From Mesotaenium endlicherianum (Eukaryota): a DNA stretch of 57,054 bases. Position 1 is the stretch's first letter; every line of letters starts with the position of its first letter. Below the pieces are notes generated by a model, which made no database searches, was not told where the DNA came from, and was given only the letters and a program-made list of their open reading frames with translations. The stretch is from positions 107,041 to 164,094 of the forward strand of contig WELA01001240.1 of assembly GCA_009602735.1 (NCBI GenBank). The letters are read 5' to 3'. Positions 1-13,219 of this stretch are shown one piece after another. A program made the translations under genes and the position numbers.

Positions 1-359
1 CCCCCCCCCCTTTTCCCCTCCCCCGGTCGCTGTCTGACCCCAGAGAACAAACTTGGGGGGAAACAACGTCGCAGCAACGCTACATTCATGACGTGGAAAA
101 GTGGCAGAATAAGTGCGCGGGCGCATCCCCCCGTCACTACGTGAGTCAAACGGTGCCAGGAAGGATAGAGTCTCTTAGACGCACTGCTACGCGCAAAACA
201 AGTGGGAAAAGCAGTCGAGTGCATTCGTACTTCTGCGTGGAGACAGTAAGCCCCAGCTTGCACCGGGTAAGGAGAAGCCGCAGTCCTTGAACAGAAATAA
301 GACAAGCCAAGCCTTCAACACTCCCACGGTTCGACAGGCATGCGTTGAGTTCGGATCAG

Positions 360-510
360 GAGCTCGGGGTTTAAGGGTCTCGGGGTTTCAGGGTTGTGTT
401 TAGGGTTTTTAGGGTGAAGGGTGAAGGGTTCAGGGTCTCGGAGTTTTGGAGTTTCAAGGTCTGAGTTTAGGGTTTTTAGGATGAAGGGTTCAGGGTCTCG
501 GGGTTTTGGT
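360..510 (+). repeat. Degenerate telomere-like (TTTAGGG/TTCAGGG/CTCGGGG) tract
   Basis: Recurrent tttaggg, ttcaggg and gggtctcgggg units. A complementary ccctaa-rich tract lies at ~790-900. Confidence 0.6.
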
Positions 511-2099
511 GCCCCTGATCAAATGTGGGGGTGACCCAGGCTGGGGAGAAGAAGCAGTCCCCTCATCTTCTACCGGTGGGGGGGTCTGGGAAAGCCAGAG
601 TCGCTGTCACTGAAGGATCACTCTTCCACGTCTGCAGTCTAGGGTGTAGGGGTTGGGCCCTGAGGCGTCTGCTAGACCCCAAGGTACTCTGTTGACTCGC
701 TGCCCCTCTGTCGACCTCACACTCCCCTCCATGTGAGATGACCTGGCAAGGACCACCCACTCTGCCACCCTCCTCCTCTTGCACTTCAACCTGCCCTACC
801 CCTACCTCTACCCCCACCCCCACCCCTAACCCTAACCCTAACGCTGACCCCGACATCATCCTAACCTACCCTTATCCTAATTCTCACCAACCCTAACCTA
901 AGGGCGGACAGCTTGTGCGATTGATTGGAAGACCTGGCCAGTTGACTTCTACACCCACCTGAAATTAGAAACCCTAACCTTCTCCACCGACGGTCTAAGC
1001 CTCTGAAGGTTCCACCCCAATCCTATCCCTGCGACCCGACATGAGCCTAGACCTGAAACCTTCACCTGAGGCCAACAACGCCAATGCTCTCTCTCTCCCC
1101 CTCTCCCAGTCGTTCCCTTCTTGTCTGTTGACTCTCACCTTCATATTGGCGTCTCAGCAGCTGAGTAAGCAGAGGAGGCCTGAGACCCGAGAGCGTGGTC
1201 ACTGCACAACAGAAATTCTCGTCACTTGAGAAACACGGCCTTGCAAACAAGCACCATGTGACATGAATAATAAAATGGAAACGCAGAAGGCTGCGTGAAC
1301 TTGGGTCGCAGAAATGACCCCACCTCTAGGAGCATTTCACTTCGACATACATGGTCTCCAACTGTTACTTCCTCTAATTCTTTTTTCCTTCTCCATACAT
1401 AATCTAGATGCCCCATCAACTATCACATTTACATCAGTTTTTCTCTTCACTTTCTTAAGTCAGGCCCTTAGATTTCCTATCCTACAAGCTTTTCTACTAC
1501 TCATCTCACATTCCAGCTCCAACATTTCCAAAAGTTTGCGGTACAAGCTTACACCAGAATATAGTATGTAAAGCAGGGCTTGCGGTCTAAGAAAAATACC
1601 TGCTTTGGCAAAGGCAGGAGATAAGATAGGCGGAGGAGGGGGCTGAGTTTATGAGCATTCAATTTTCTTAGAGGTTCAGCACTCTCGACACGTCGTCCTT
1701 TACACGTTCCAAATCCGTGAATCGTGCAGTCCTTAGTCCCCTTGATTGTCAGGCTGTCAATGCTTCAGAACCTTTGCACTCCAAAACACTCTCTGTCGAG
1801 CAAGTCAAGGCCTAAAGCCATGGCTTCTACTAGCACAGAAGCCAGGGAGAAGGAGTAATGAAGAAGCGATTGAATTGCGCCAGAGCTCTGATCATGCATG
1901 TTTAATTGTAACGAGCAAACCTTCTTCCTAAGAGGTACGCTAAATTATCTCTTGAAGGGGTTAATCTTAGATCAGTTTCACGTCACGCACCCCAAAGCAA
2001 AGCCACTGTTAGCAAAGCCCACACATGCCGGACCGCTTACCTGGGCTATGCCTGGCGTCCAGTAGCGCAGGGTTGATAAATGCCAGCTGTCAATAGCGC

Positions 2100-2760
2100 A
2101 CGCAAAGACAGGAAGACGACAGGCGTATGTACAGGAGCATAGACGTTAAGCGTACGTGAGCAGAGACGCAAGGCTACGCAAGCAGAGGTGGTGGGGGTAC
2201 GCGAGCAGAGATGGCGGGGGTACGTAAGCAGAGACGGCGGGGGTACGTGAGCAAAGACGGCAGGGGTACGCGAGTAGAGATGGCGGGGATACGCGAGTAG
2301 AGATGGCGGGGGTACGCGAGCAGAGACGACAGGGGTATGCGAGCAGAGACGACAGGGGTATGCGAGCAGAGACGGCGGGGGTACGCGGACAGAGACTCCA
2401 GGGGGTACGCGAGCAGAGACGACGGGGGTACGAGAGCAGAGATGGCGGGGGTACGCAAGCAGAGAGGCCAGGGGTACGCGAGCGGAGATGGCGGGGGTTG
2501 GCAGGAGTACGCGAGCAGAGAAGACAGCGGTACGCGAGCAGACACGGCGGAGATACGCGAACAGAGACTGCAGGGGTACGCGAGCGGAGACGGTAGGGGT
2601 ACCCAGAGCGGAGGCGGCAGGGTTACGGGAAGAGAGTCGACGGGGTATCCCGAGCAGAGACGGTAAGGGTACAAAGCAGTGTACGAATAAATCGCACATG
2701 CGGTCAGAGCGACCCAAGCATCTAACCCCGGCAAAGACAGGAGTACGTCAGAGAGAGGGA
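2100..2760. repeat. GC-rich minisatellite, ~21-22 bp unit (consensus ~CGAGCAGAGACGGCGGGGGTACG)
   Basis: More than 20 tandem copies are directly visible; the core is 2170-2670 with degenerate flanks. The repeat explains the overlapping repetitive ORFs here. Confidence 0.95.
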
Positions 2761-5755
2761 CGACAAGAATATAAACGTACTTTCAACGCTTGAACACTCA
2801 AATCAAACAGCCTCCTTTCGAGGTCAAACAATGAAATAATGTTCTTAAAGCTCAGCCTACTGAACTAAGCCTTTATCCTTCTCCTGGTCTTCAATTCCTG
2901 CCGTGCTCACACCTTGATAGCTCCTCACAAGCAGATTCTTGTGACTTAGGTACCTGCTCAAAATTCAGCGTACTGAAGGAAAAAGGGAGACCACCTGGTT
3001 TGATGGCATTGAATGCCCTTACAAGATGAGTAGCATCAGGTTAATGAGCCCAAGACAATTTTAAATTTTAACCACATTTTTGAAACACACTAAGTTCAAA
3101 GAAACATATGGTTTTGAGCAATATGCTGGTCACCTCAAGCAGGTCCCTGGTGTGCCATGCATCATTGCTACCCAATCTCAACGTATGGCAATGTACTTAC
3201 TCAGGTAGTACGTAAACTTGCTCCAACAGTGAACTGCAACTCACAGTTTGCAACTCACAGTTTACACCAGTCAGTCAATGATGCTCCGGATATTAATGCA
3301 GTACACATAGGATGTGGCAGTGTATGACCCAGTTAGTACATATACTTGCTGCTGAGTATGCAGGTAAGCTGAATACTCCTAATACACATCCCATCTCCCT
3401 CTCCCCAACTTAAATAGCTGTCGACCCGACAGCTCTAACCACATAAGCACACCAAGAAGTGCCTACAACTCCGCATCATAAGAACCACACACAGTGACAG
3501 TGACAGAGGATTGCGGCGATACGAGTGGTGGAGAAGAATCAACAAAGGAAAACCAAGAGAGGACACGGAGTGCAAACACCTAAGTAAGCAAGAAAGAAAG
3601 TCCCCCCCCCCAAAAAAAATAGTCCATTTTCCAGGACTAGAGCAATGCCCAGAGTGGCATAGGGAAGAGTGTACTGCCATTCAGACCCTCTCACCATAAA
3701 GCTCTATCCATGAATAACCCAAACTCAAGCCAGCGTATTACACCCCTCCATTTGAAAGTGTAGATAGCTTGCTATGAGATAAAGACAACCGGCCCCATTA
3801 GCAAGTTCCTCCAATATCAAAGAGTATTTAAACTTTTGTATCGTAGTAAACCGTTAAAAAATGAGCGTCCACCGTCGATTGTGACGTTTCAAAACTGGTC
3901 AAGACCTTTAACGTCGACACAAATCGGGTCTGCACCAGCGTGATAGATACATGCGAAGCACATGCAGGAACGTAAAACTTTTTTAGGGAGTTTATATGAG
4001 ATGGTACGTTAAAGACCGAGAAGCAACCGCAGTGAAGAAGCTACTCATATAGGCAAGGAATTGATTGATGAGTCATACACCAGCTTCAGCAAAAAACAAT
4101 ATATAGAAGGTACCGGAGGTCCTCACCCACACACTCGCCTCTAGAAGTCAGCGAATCATATTGTTTTGTGTAACTGCATAAGATGTTCACTTTAGCATTC
4201 CTTCAAGTTACGTACCTTGAGTCTTTATACAAGTTTTTTTACGTAAATTGCTAGAATGGGCGCCCCTTTATTTTGTACCACTGCGTAATATATAGCACTT
4301 TGAATCATGCTCAAAAGTCCTACTTTGCCTACCACTAATAGTAAAAGCACAACCTACTTTGTGTCCCTCTTGAAACTATATTTATTTTCGTCCTGAATTC
4401 ACAGTTTTACCCTTGAGGATTTCATTTTAACTTCTCAGATAAAGTGGCTAGTTACTTCCGGAGAAGAACGCAAAAGGTTAAGCTGTACCAGAAGCCTAAG
4501 TATACTTACTTTGAATGGAGTATATCAATGTTTGCAAAACAATAGATATCAATTGAATATGAAATAAGTGGGTACTCAAATTGCTCAATACATACAAGAC
4601 TACATACAATAGCCGTCCAAAGAATATGCCAACTATGCTGTTTTGTCTTATCGGGACTTCTGAGAGTGAGTTTTTTTATAGAGATTTGATGTATATGATG
4701 TGCGTCTAAACAGCAAAGATGCGCAACTATGTGTTCATTGTTCACAAGTCAGGGCTCACACATTTTATTCTATTGAAATACAAGATGCATTTTGTTAGTT
4801 AAGCTAGGAGGGAGACGTGACATGCAAGACTACATAATCATTGTTTTGGACATGCATTGGTAAACATGTACCTTCATGCTTAATGTTTTTTGATTTCAAA
4901 TATCGCGGGAACTAAACAATTAGTGTGCACTGCGCAAGATCACATTCTTGTTCCATATGAGCATATGACAAATGTACATTACCCTCTTTGCCACATGCAT
5001 GTGGTTTCCCAGATTTCAGATTTGAGTTTTTGAAAGTTTTGTCCTCTTGTATACGTACTCTGCGCTTCTCGCTTAGTTAAACTACTCTCGATCAAACACT
5101 TCAACCACAATTGAGTTGCGAAGAGACAAAATAATGAGTGATGATTATTCTCGGGGCTGACACTCTTATTGCTTCACATAATGAACTGCAGTAAAAGTCT
5201 GCCTCTTGCCTTCCTTTCCCCTCAGTGGAACACGCATCACCATCTGAACAGCCCTTATACCTCCATTGTGAAACCCCTCTAATTGACGAAAGGGGAAGAT
5301 CCAGCAGAAGCTCCATGAGGTAAGATATTTTTTTGTGCACACGATGTAAAAAAGTGTGAGGATATCGACAAGCCACCAGAGAGCAGCCATGCATTGTGGA
5401 AATTGAGAACAACAGTTGTTATCAGTGATTGCAATGAGAAGACCACAATGGGAGTATGATACCTAGAGTTGTTTAGTTTTGCTACTAGTGCACGTGAATA
5501 AATGCGACCCCTTACTACACGCAACAACTTGTAGGAGATGTTAGCGACGCCTATACCCCCCCTCCGATCATATACTCAACCATAAGCCTGTGTGAGGACC
5601 TACACACTCCATAGGCTCCTCACCGCTACTTGCTTTGCTGCGTTAAGAACATGATTGGGNGAGGGTTGTGCAGGAGAAGGGCGAAGGAAGGGGGAATGAA
5701 GATGGTGGGGGAAAGAAAGGTGGAGGAGTCGGGGGGGACAACACTTAAACCCAGG

Positions 5756-6651
5756 CTATGAAGGGGGGGGGAGGGGGGAGAGACTGGGCGTTACTTGTAA
5801 ACTACTGGGAGTACCTAACAAGCCCTGCAACTTGCTACTACTACTACCTGTCCCCATCCCGGCGGTGTCGACGGCAACAGGGCCGTCGCCACCCATCGCA
5901 TTAGCAGTCGTTCCGGAGGCCTGGGCGGCGTCTGCACGGGCATCTTGCCAATCCGAACGGGCGCCGCCATCAGCGCTGCTGCCAGGCAGCGCATTCGCCC
6001 CAAGGACGGGCCCGCTTGGCGCGACACCTGGCGGCGCACCAGCATCTGCAGCAGGCGCAGGCGCAGACGCCCCGCCACAGTCACCACCACCACCGCCACC
6101 GCCGCCACCGCTGCCGCCACCGTCGCCACCACCAGCAGCAGCGGCGGGAGCAGCAGCAGCAGCACCACCAGCAGCGGCAGTAGGTAGCAAGACATCTCTA
6201 TCCAGGGTGCCAGAGGACAATGGGGCGGGGGCGCCGCTGTGCGACGAGCCCTCGGCCCCGCCAGCAGTGCTCGCGCCTCTACCCAAAGTGGAGAGCGGGC
6301 GGCTGCTGCTGCCGGGGGCGGCTCCACACTGCGCGTGCGGTGGGGGGGGGGCAGGGTCGTCGTCAAAAAGCTCCAGGAGGGGGCCGTCCATGATGGGCGC
6401 GTGGGCAAAGGGGTTCCACCGATCGAAGATGATCCGACCGCCCCGGCCGACACGGGCGCGACACCTCATCGGCAGGTGAGAGCTGGGGGGAGCTGCTTCC
6501 GATGCGTCCCGGGGGGGGGAGGGGGGGATCCTCCGCACCCTCGGCGGCCCGATGCCGACAGCTGCCAGCCTCTCGTGGTCCAGGGGCTGCGTGAAGAGGA
6601 GAACAGGATCTGAAGGCCTGCTGCTTGCGGGCAGCTGCGCGCGAGCACCCA

Positions 6652-6694
<43 letters not shown>

Positions 6695-9600
6695 AGAGAG
6701 AGAGACAACGGAATGAGGGAAGGGGGGGTGGCAGAACACGAGGCGCACGAACAATAAAGAGCATGGAGCCCTAACAACACAGCACTACCGGGCAGGAGCG
6801 TGCGCCACCATATACTCCCAGTTGCCTAGGAATGAAATCCCAGGGGGGCGGGGGAGTTGAGAAGGCGGGGGTTTGGAAAAAAATAAGGGTTAAGGGCAGG
6901 TTTTTAGAGCTGTAAGGCCTGCCGGTACAGCCATCAAAATTGGGCATACACATACGCACGCCGGCATGCGTACGCCCGCACGTTTGTAAACACACGCGCA
7001 CAACCAGCCACTTCGGCCTCTGCTTTCACGAGCATGCGAGGACATCTGCAACTTACGCCAAGCACCACTCCCCCCTATGGTAGGTACGGGGGCAGTTAGC
7101 CAGCCCAGCTGGCGGCTAAGACCTGGCCGGCGTGCCCTTGTGGGGCTCAACCCCCCCCCCCCCCCCCCCCCNNNNNNNNNNCCCCCCCCCCCCCCCCCCT
7201 TTCCCCCTCCCTGGGGAGTTGTGTGACGACCACACAGGAGGCCAGCTGGCACGAGCGTGGGCCTGCGTGCGTGCGTGCGTGCGTGCGTGCTTGCATGCAT
7301 ACGAACTGGCGGAGAAAGCATTCCTCTGTGCTCGATGATGACGTCACCCCAAACGTTCACGCCCTGTTCACGCCCTGTACTACACCCCGCCCCCGCAATT
7401 GTTCTGCCGCCGCCGCTAGAGGTTGATTCCGTCACATGCGGTGGGCGTGGGCCACAGGCTGGCTCTCCTTCACCACTTCTACGAGAGCACGATTGCAGAC
7501 ATGCCCGCAGTTGAGCCAGCCTTGCTCGTTCTTCTTTTCCGGTCATTCCCCAGTGACGGTGAATGACATGGAAGTCGCACAAGAGGGAACGAAGGAGGGG
7601 GGTTTTGTGGGTTTCTTGGGGGNNNNNNNNNNNNNNNNNNNNNNNNNNNNNNNNNNNNNNNNNNNNNNNNNNNNNNNNNNNNNNNNNNNNNNNNNNNNNN
7701 NNNNNNNNNNNNNNNNNNNNNNNNNNNNNNNNNNNNNNNNNNNNNNNNNNNNNNNNNNNNNNNNNNNNNNNNNNNNNNNNNNNNNNNNNNNNNNNNNNNN
7801 NNNNNNNNNNNNNNNNNNNNNNNNNNNNNNNNNNNNNNNNNNNNNNNNNNNNNNNNNNNNNNNNNNNNNNNNNNNNNNNNNNNNNNNNNNNNNNNNNNNN
7901 NNNNNNNNNNNNNNNNNNNNNNNNNNNNNNNNNNNNNNNNNNNNNNNNNNNNNGGGGGGGGGAGGGGTGGGCGGTTGACATGCGTGCGGACAGAGCCAGG
8001 TCACTTAGTAAAGGTGCGGGAGAGGAAGCTCGTACCCCTTCAGGTGGCGGGCCCCTCGTGTGGACAGCTGGCAGCTGTCTCCTCCTCTTCCGCTTCCGCA
8101 TGCGCATAGGATCTAGCCACTCACCCTCCATGCGCGCGTCGGTGACGGGTGGCAGCACCTCACGCGCCGAGCCAAACCCCAGCCCTTGGCCCGCCAGTCG
8201 GGCGGCAGCGTGGCCATTCATCTGGTCCACAGCTGCAGCCGCCGCCCGTGCTGACGTGGAGGGGCCAGCTGTCGCATGCGGGGCCTCCACGGGGGGGGCC
8301 TGCCTCTTGGAGGGGGGCTTTCTCGGCTGAGGTGGCGGCATCATGGCTGCCGGCGATGGCACGGCGGCACCGCCAGCTGTCAGATCCTCGCCGTCCACCT
8401 TCGCTGTGTGCTGCACGAGAGAGTGACACGTGTGCAGGGGGGCCAAAGAGGAGAAGGCATACACAGGGTGCGCAGGTAGGTGAGCCATCTGTCAGTCTGA
8501 CGTCAGTTGGCCAGAACAGATGGCAGAGCGGGAGCCAAGGGCGGAAGCTCCTGTCCACTTGCAACCCTGGATGAGCGTAATCCCGATCGTCTGATGCCTT
8601 GAAGCATCCTTGAAAGAGCGCCTCAGAGGGACCACCAATCAAAATCTGATCCTCCACGAACCTTAGTGTTGGGTTTCCGTAAACTCCTCGACTGAAAGCT
8701 CAGAGGAGGCCCAAATGCCGAGGAGCACACTGACCACAGCTGGCAATCCAAGAGGCACGCACCCACGGCCTGACTGGCGGGCAAGCGCGGCGCACCTCAG
8801 CGTACTTCTTGCCCCTGTGAGCTGGAGAGCCACATAGGACACTCCAAACCCCCAAACCCCCAAACCACCAAACCAGACCCCAAATCCCTATGCCTCCAAC
8901 CTTCCGCCTGTCTCACATCTCCTTCTCCATTACCGTCTCACCCTCTCCCCCCCCCCCCTCGCTCCCGGCGTGCAACACGATGCATTATGCAAGGCCAGCT
9001 GGCGCGCTGTGGCGGTCTGCCAGGCCTTGGCGGGTGCGGCCCCCTGCCCCATCTCCAGCTCGTAGCCTTACCTCGCTCTCAGAGGTAGAGCCTGTTGTGG
9101 CTACTGGGGTGAGGTCTGGGCCTCCAGGTGCGCACGCGCTGGCGGGCATACAGAAGGTGTGCCAGGGCATTCCCCTGTTCCCGGAGCCTTAAGTATCCGA
9201 TCGTTAGAACTGCCAGCCCCACTCCTCCCATTCCGTCCCACCTGTCGCCTCCCGGCCACTTGAGTTCCTGCTGCGAGTGGGTTGGCGTTCGCGAGAGTGG
9301 GTGCGGGTGTGTCTGTTGGTGTGAGCGTATTTGGACGCGCATGCGTGTGCACGTGCACCTGCCTGACTCATAGACATGTATGTAAGCGTGCATCTAAGCT
9401 GACATAGCGCCACACAGTGGCTGCTTTTGTGCACCCTCATGTGACTGGTGGCCCCATGAGGATCCGCCACGTGCGCCCCCACACTTCCCGTTATGTCAGC
9501 AAGCACCACACCTCCTCAAAAGGACAATAGCCGTAACAGCTGCAACAGCTGCAATAAAAGGCACGAGAGACTTGCACCCTCCCTCCTCCAGCAACCCCCT

Positions 9601-12600
9601 TCCCCCCTATCTCCTCTTCTTGCCCGGGCCTTACACCTCCCTCAGTTCAAGGCCGGACCCAAAGGACAACCCTAAGCCCGACCGTAACCCTGAAACCCTA
9701 ACCTCGGCTCGAAACCCTACGTGTCCCAGCCACTGAAGCCTGGCACCAACCCCGACTCCTGGGCGCGGGAGGAGGGAGCGGAGGAGGAGGGTGGGCATAC
9801 GCTTGCAGGCAGGGACTGTAACGGCAAGTGGGGCGGGTTTGGGCTTGGGCCCCGAGGAGCGCGAGCGCGCGCGTGCGGTCGGGCGGGCGCTGGCACTCAG
9901 AGGCAGACGAGGGTGGGTGGGGCTGTGCAGGCGCAGGTGCAAAGGCAGGCGCAGGCGGAGGGTACCTTGAGCAGGAGGTGCATCTGCTGCAGGGCGCACT
10001 CGCACTCTGCCAGGTCGCGCTTCTTCATCTCCCGCTGCAGATTGCCCACAACGCCCCGCCCACCGCCGCCGCCCCCCCGCAACCACACGTGTGTTGTAAG
10101 CAGCATGTCAGAGGCCGCTAAATAAGAGTAAAAGTAACACCCCAATTAAAGTCGCTGCAGCACTCACAAGAAGTCAAAGACTGCGCACGTACTAACAAGC
10201 CCAGTTGAGAAACCTCCGCACGGAACGATGCCAGCTGGGAAGCATGTTACAAGAGGCTCACCATACATCTCAAAGTACATCTCTCGCTACACCCACACAC
10301 CCCACCCCATCCCCCACCAAAAAAAAGTCCCTGGCCTTTCTGTCTCCGGTCCCTAATACCCAACCTCAAATCAGCACTCCTTGGACGCTTTCCCGTTTCT
10401 CCCCAAGAGATTGCCAATTGTGCTAGTCCTACCCTGTGCCAAGGTCTCAGGCACACCAGAGCGATACAAAAACACCCTAGTAAAGCTGGCACCCTCCAGC
10501 CCTAACTTGACTAGGCACCCTAAAACCCTCATTAAATTTGGCACCCTACAATCTGGCACCCTACAATCTTTGCTGACCTGGCAAGGTTCATGCTCCAGTA
10601 CACCTGGCACTCTAAAACGCTCTCGGAATCCGGCACTGTTGCCCTGCAGCTCCTGCAAGATGCGATGCCCTGTGACCCGCACAGCATCGTTGCTCTACTC
10701 GGCATCCAGGTGTAAGCGGGCACAGAGCCCAAACCCGAACACCAGTTCTGACCAGAGAGACTTGAAACCCTAGGCATGCGATCCCAATTAAATTTCTTCT
10801 TTTTCCGTAAAGCACAAGCCCTCTCCAGCCTCACAGCTTCCGGACCTTACAAATCCCCCCTCAGCCCGCTTGCAGGGCTGATCTGACACCAGAGACAATC
10901 TGAGCCGTTTGCATAAACCTAGCCTTGATCCGGCGCTTACAACGCCTCTTAAGGCCTGCCCCCGTACGCGAGCTCCGGCCCAGGTTCCAGCCTCTAAGCT
11001 GCCTTCCGGCGATACTGAAACTTGTGCCGAGACTATCCCTCCGACCCGTCGCTCCTTCGCCCCTCTCCTTCCATCACTATGTACCGAAATTTCTCAGGCC
11101 TCCACTTCGGGTTTAAGCAGGGGCTCGTGTGTACGGGGTTCGGGGTGCAGGGCTTTGGACTTAGGGTTCCAGGAGGGGGGCACGCACCAGCTGCAGGCCC
11201 ATGAGGAGCTGCTTGGCCTCCAACAGGTTGCGTCTCACCTGCGGGGGCAACGGCGGCAGAGAGCGGCTGAATCAGAGCCTGCCAGGTGTCCCCCGAGCGC
11301 TGAATTGCACCCGTTGACGTGCGTAGGGTGGTCCAGTGCGCAACATATAGGGTTGTGATTTACTATTGAGAGACCCACTTGGTCACAAAGTTGAGGCTGC
11401 GGTAAGACATTGCGCACAGTCGCTGCTATGCATATTTGAGAGGGAACTCATGCACTTCCTCCCAGCCCTCACACAGACTGCAAAGACCTTCGCACGCAAC
11501 CTCCAACACACGCATTCCCGCGGGGAGCGGCCTCCCCTCCCTTGGCTGTCCCAGCTGGGCACAGGCGTGCAAGGGGCGTGGGCACTCGAAAGACGGTGCC
11601 GCTCGTTGTGACAGGTGCTTCCGCTTCACATTGAACCCCTTTGCAAATTGGTGCACTCTGTGCACTCTGTATCAGTCTCCCACCTAGGGAAGCGTGCTGG
11701 GAGACAATCCAAGCCTGTGGGGCAACAGCAGCCTGGGAGGTTCGTAACTCTCTCAAGGGTGCCCGGCCGCGGCGGGCGAGCAGGAAAGGGGGGGGGAGGG
11801 GGGGAGGGAGGGGAGCAGGCACAGGCCAGAAAGAAGACAGCAGTCAACTGAGCTCTAGTGTACAGGGAGAGCAGGCAAAGCTCAGAAAGAGAGAGTAGTC
11901 AACTGGACTCCAGGGTAGAAGAGTAGCTGGCATTAGAAGGGCAGTCATGTGGAACTGGAGTCAGCCAAAAGGGAGAAGAAGCTGCATGCGAGGGGGAGGC
12001 GCGGCCGGGGGGGCCCACCTGGCGCAGCTTCTCAAACGACGCCAAGTCGTTCTCACGGCGCTGCATCTGCGCACCCGCCCTCTCGTCGCCACGTGTCAGC
12101 CGCTCCTCCCCAGGCAAACACCCCAAGGCCCCCCCCCCTCCTCACACACACGCCGGACCCTTGCCAACCCCACTCGTTTTCTTGGAAAGGAAACAAGTGA
12201 GCACTAAGCCTCTGTTTATTGACGGTCCTCATCCCGATCCCAATCCCAATCCCAGTCCCAATCCTAATTCCGATCCCAATCCCAGTGATACGGTCCTCTC
12301 ATAGACCAGGCGTCAACCCTCCCATACACCTTCAACTCAGCTCCTGACCCTGACCCTGACGCATGGCTTCAAGCCCTAACCCCTCCTTAAACCCCATGTC
12401 TTGTCCGATCCCTGACCAGAACCTTCTCACCCCTAGCTGCAAACCCCGACCTAGCCATAACAATAACCAACGACACAGTATCCCCTCACAGTCAACTAAC
12501 GGTTTCCTTAACTGCAGCCACCTGCTCCTTGACTGTGAACAAGCTTGCGCATTCCAGAGGCCCCACCCACCCATGCAGGCAACGTAGGTAGAAGCATTGT

Positions 12601-13144
12601 TGCAGCCAACCACACGCACAAATGCTCGCATGCAACTGCAAGCAACAGCACGCAACAGCTGGCGGCACGGGAGGGGCGGCAACTCACCCGGCGAGTGTGC
12701 GGGCGGTTGGCCTTCTCCCGCGGTCGGAACACGTTGAAAGGGTTCGTGTCGTTGACAGATGGCGCCGGCTGGGCGGGGAGCAGATGGTGGGCCAGAGAGA
12801 AGCGCGAGAAATGAATAAAAGCGTGAGAAGTGCCGAGGAAGGGAGAGGAGAGCGTGAAGACTGAGGATGGCACGCACTGCTGCTTGTCGGAAACATCACG
12901 TCACATCACATCATTAAGAGAAGTGCACTCAGATGATGTGCGTATGAGTGATGTGTGCTCTGATTCCATCGCACAGTCATGCAGACTGACACCGCCATGA
13001 GCTTTTGGTGCACACAGCAGAGAGCAGGGGAGAGAAGAGAGGGAATGCAAGAGGGAAGGGGACGAGTAGGAGAGAAATGTGGTGGGCAATAAGAGCATAG
13101 TACATATAACATACTGCAGCTTCACCAGACACACAGACATACAG

Positions 13145-13219
<75 letters not shown>

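Noticed and set aside
563..1260. Possible 5' exons of a minus-strand gene leaving the window (GTGAG/GTGGG donors near 1137 and 957)
   Set aside because: No recognisable protein motif and no consistent start, so it cannot be supported without transcripts.
2046..2793. Repeat-protein ORFs or a CRISPR-like array
   Set aside because: Head-to-tail minisatellite without unique spacers, and no cas genes. The open frames follow from the unit composition. A candidate CAGGGTT TIR at 2068 has no convincing partner or TSD.
8480..9200. Possible extra EPL1 exons (donor-like GTAAG at 9071; ORF 8160-8657)
   Set aside because: Exon 10034-9966 joins 8410 in phase without them, and they show no homology.
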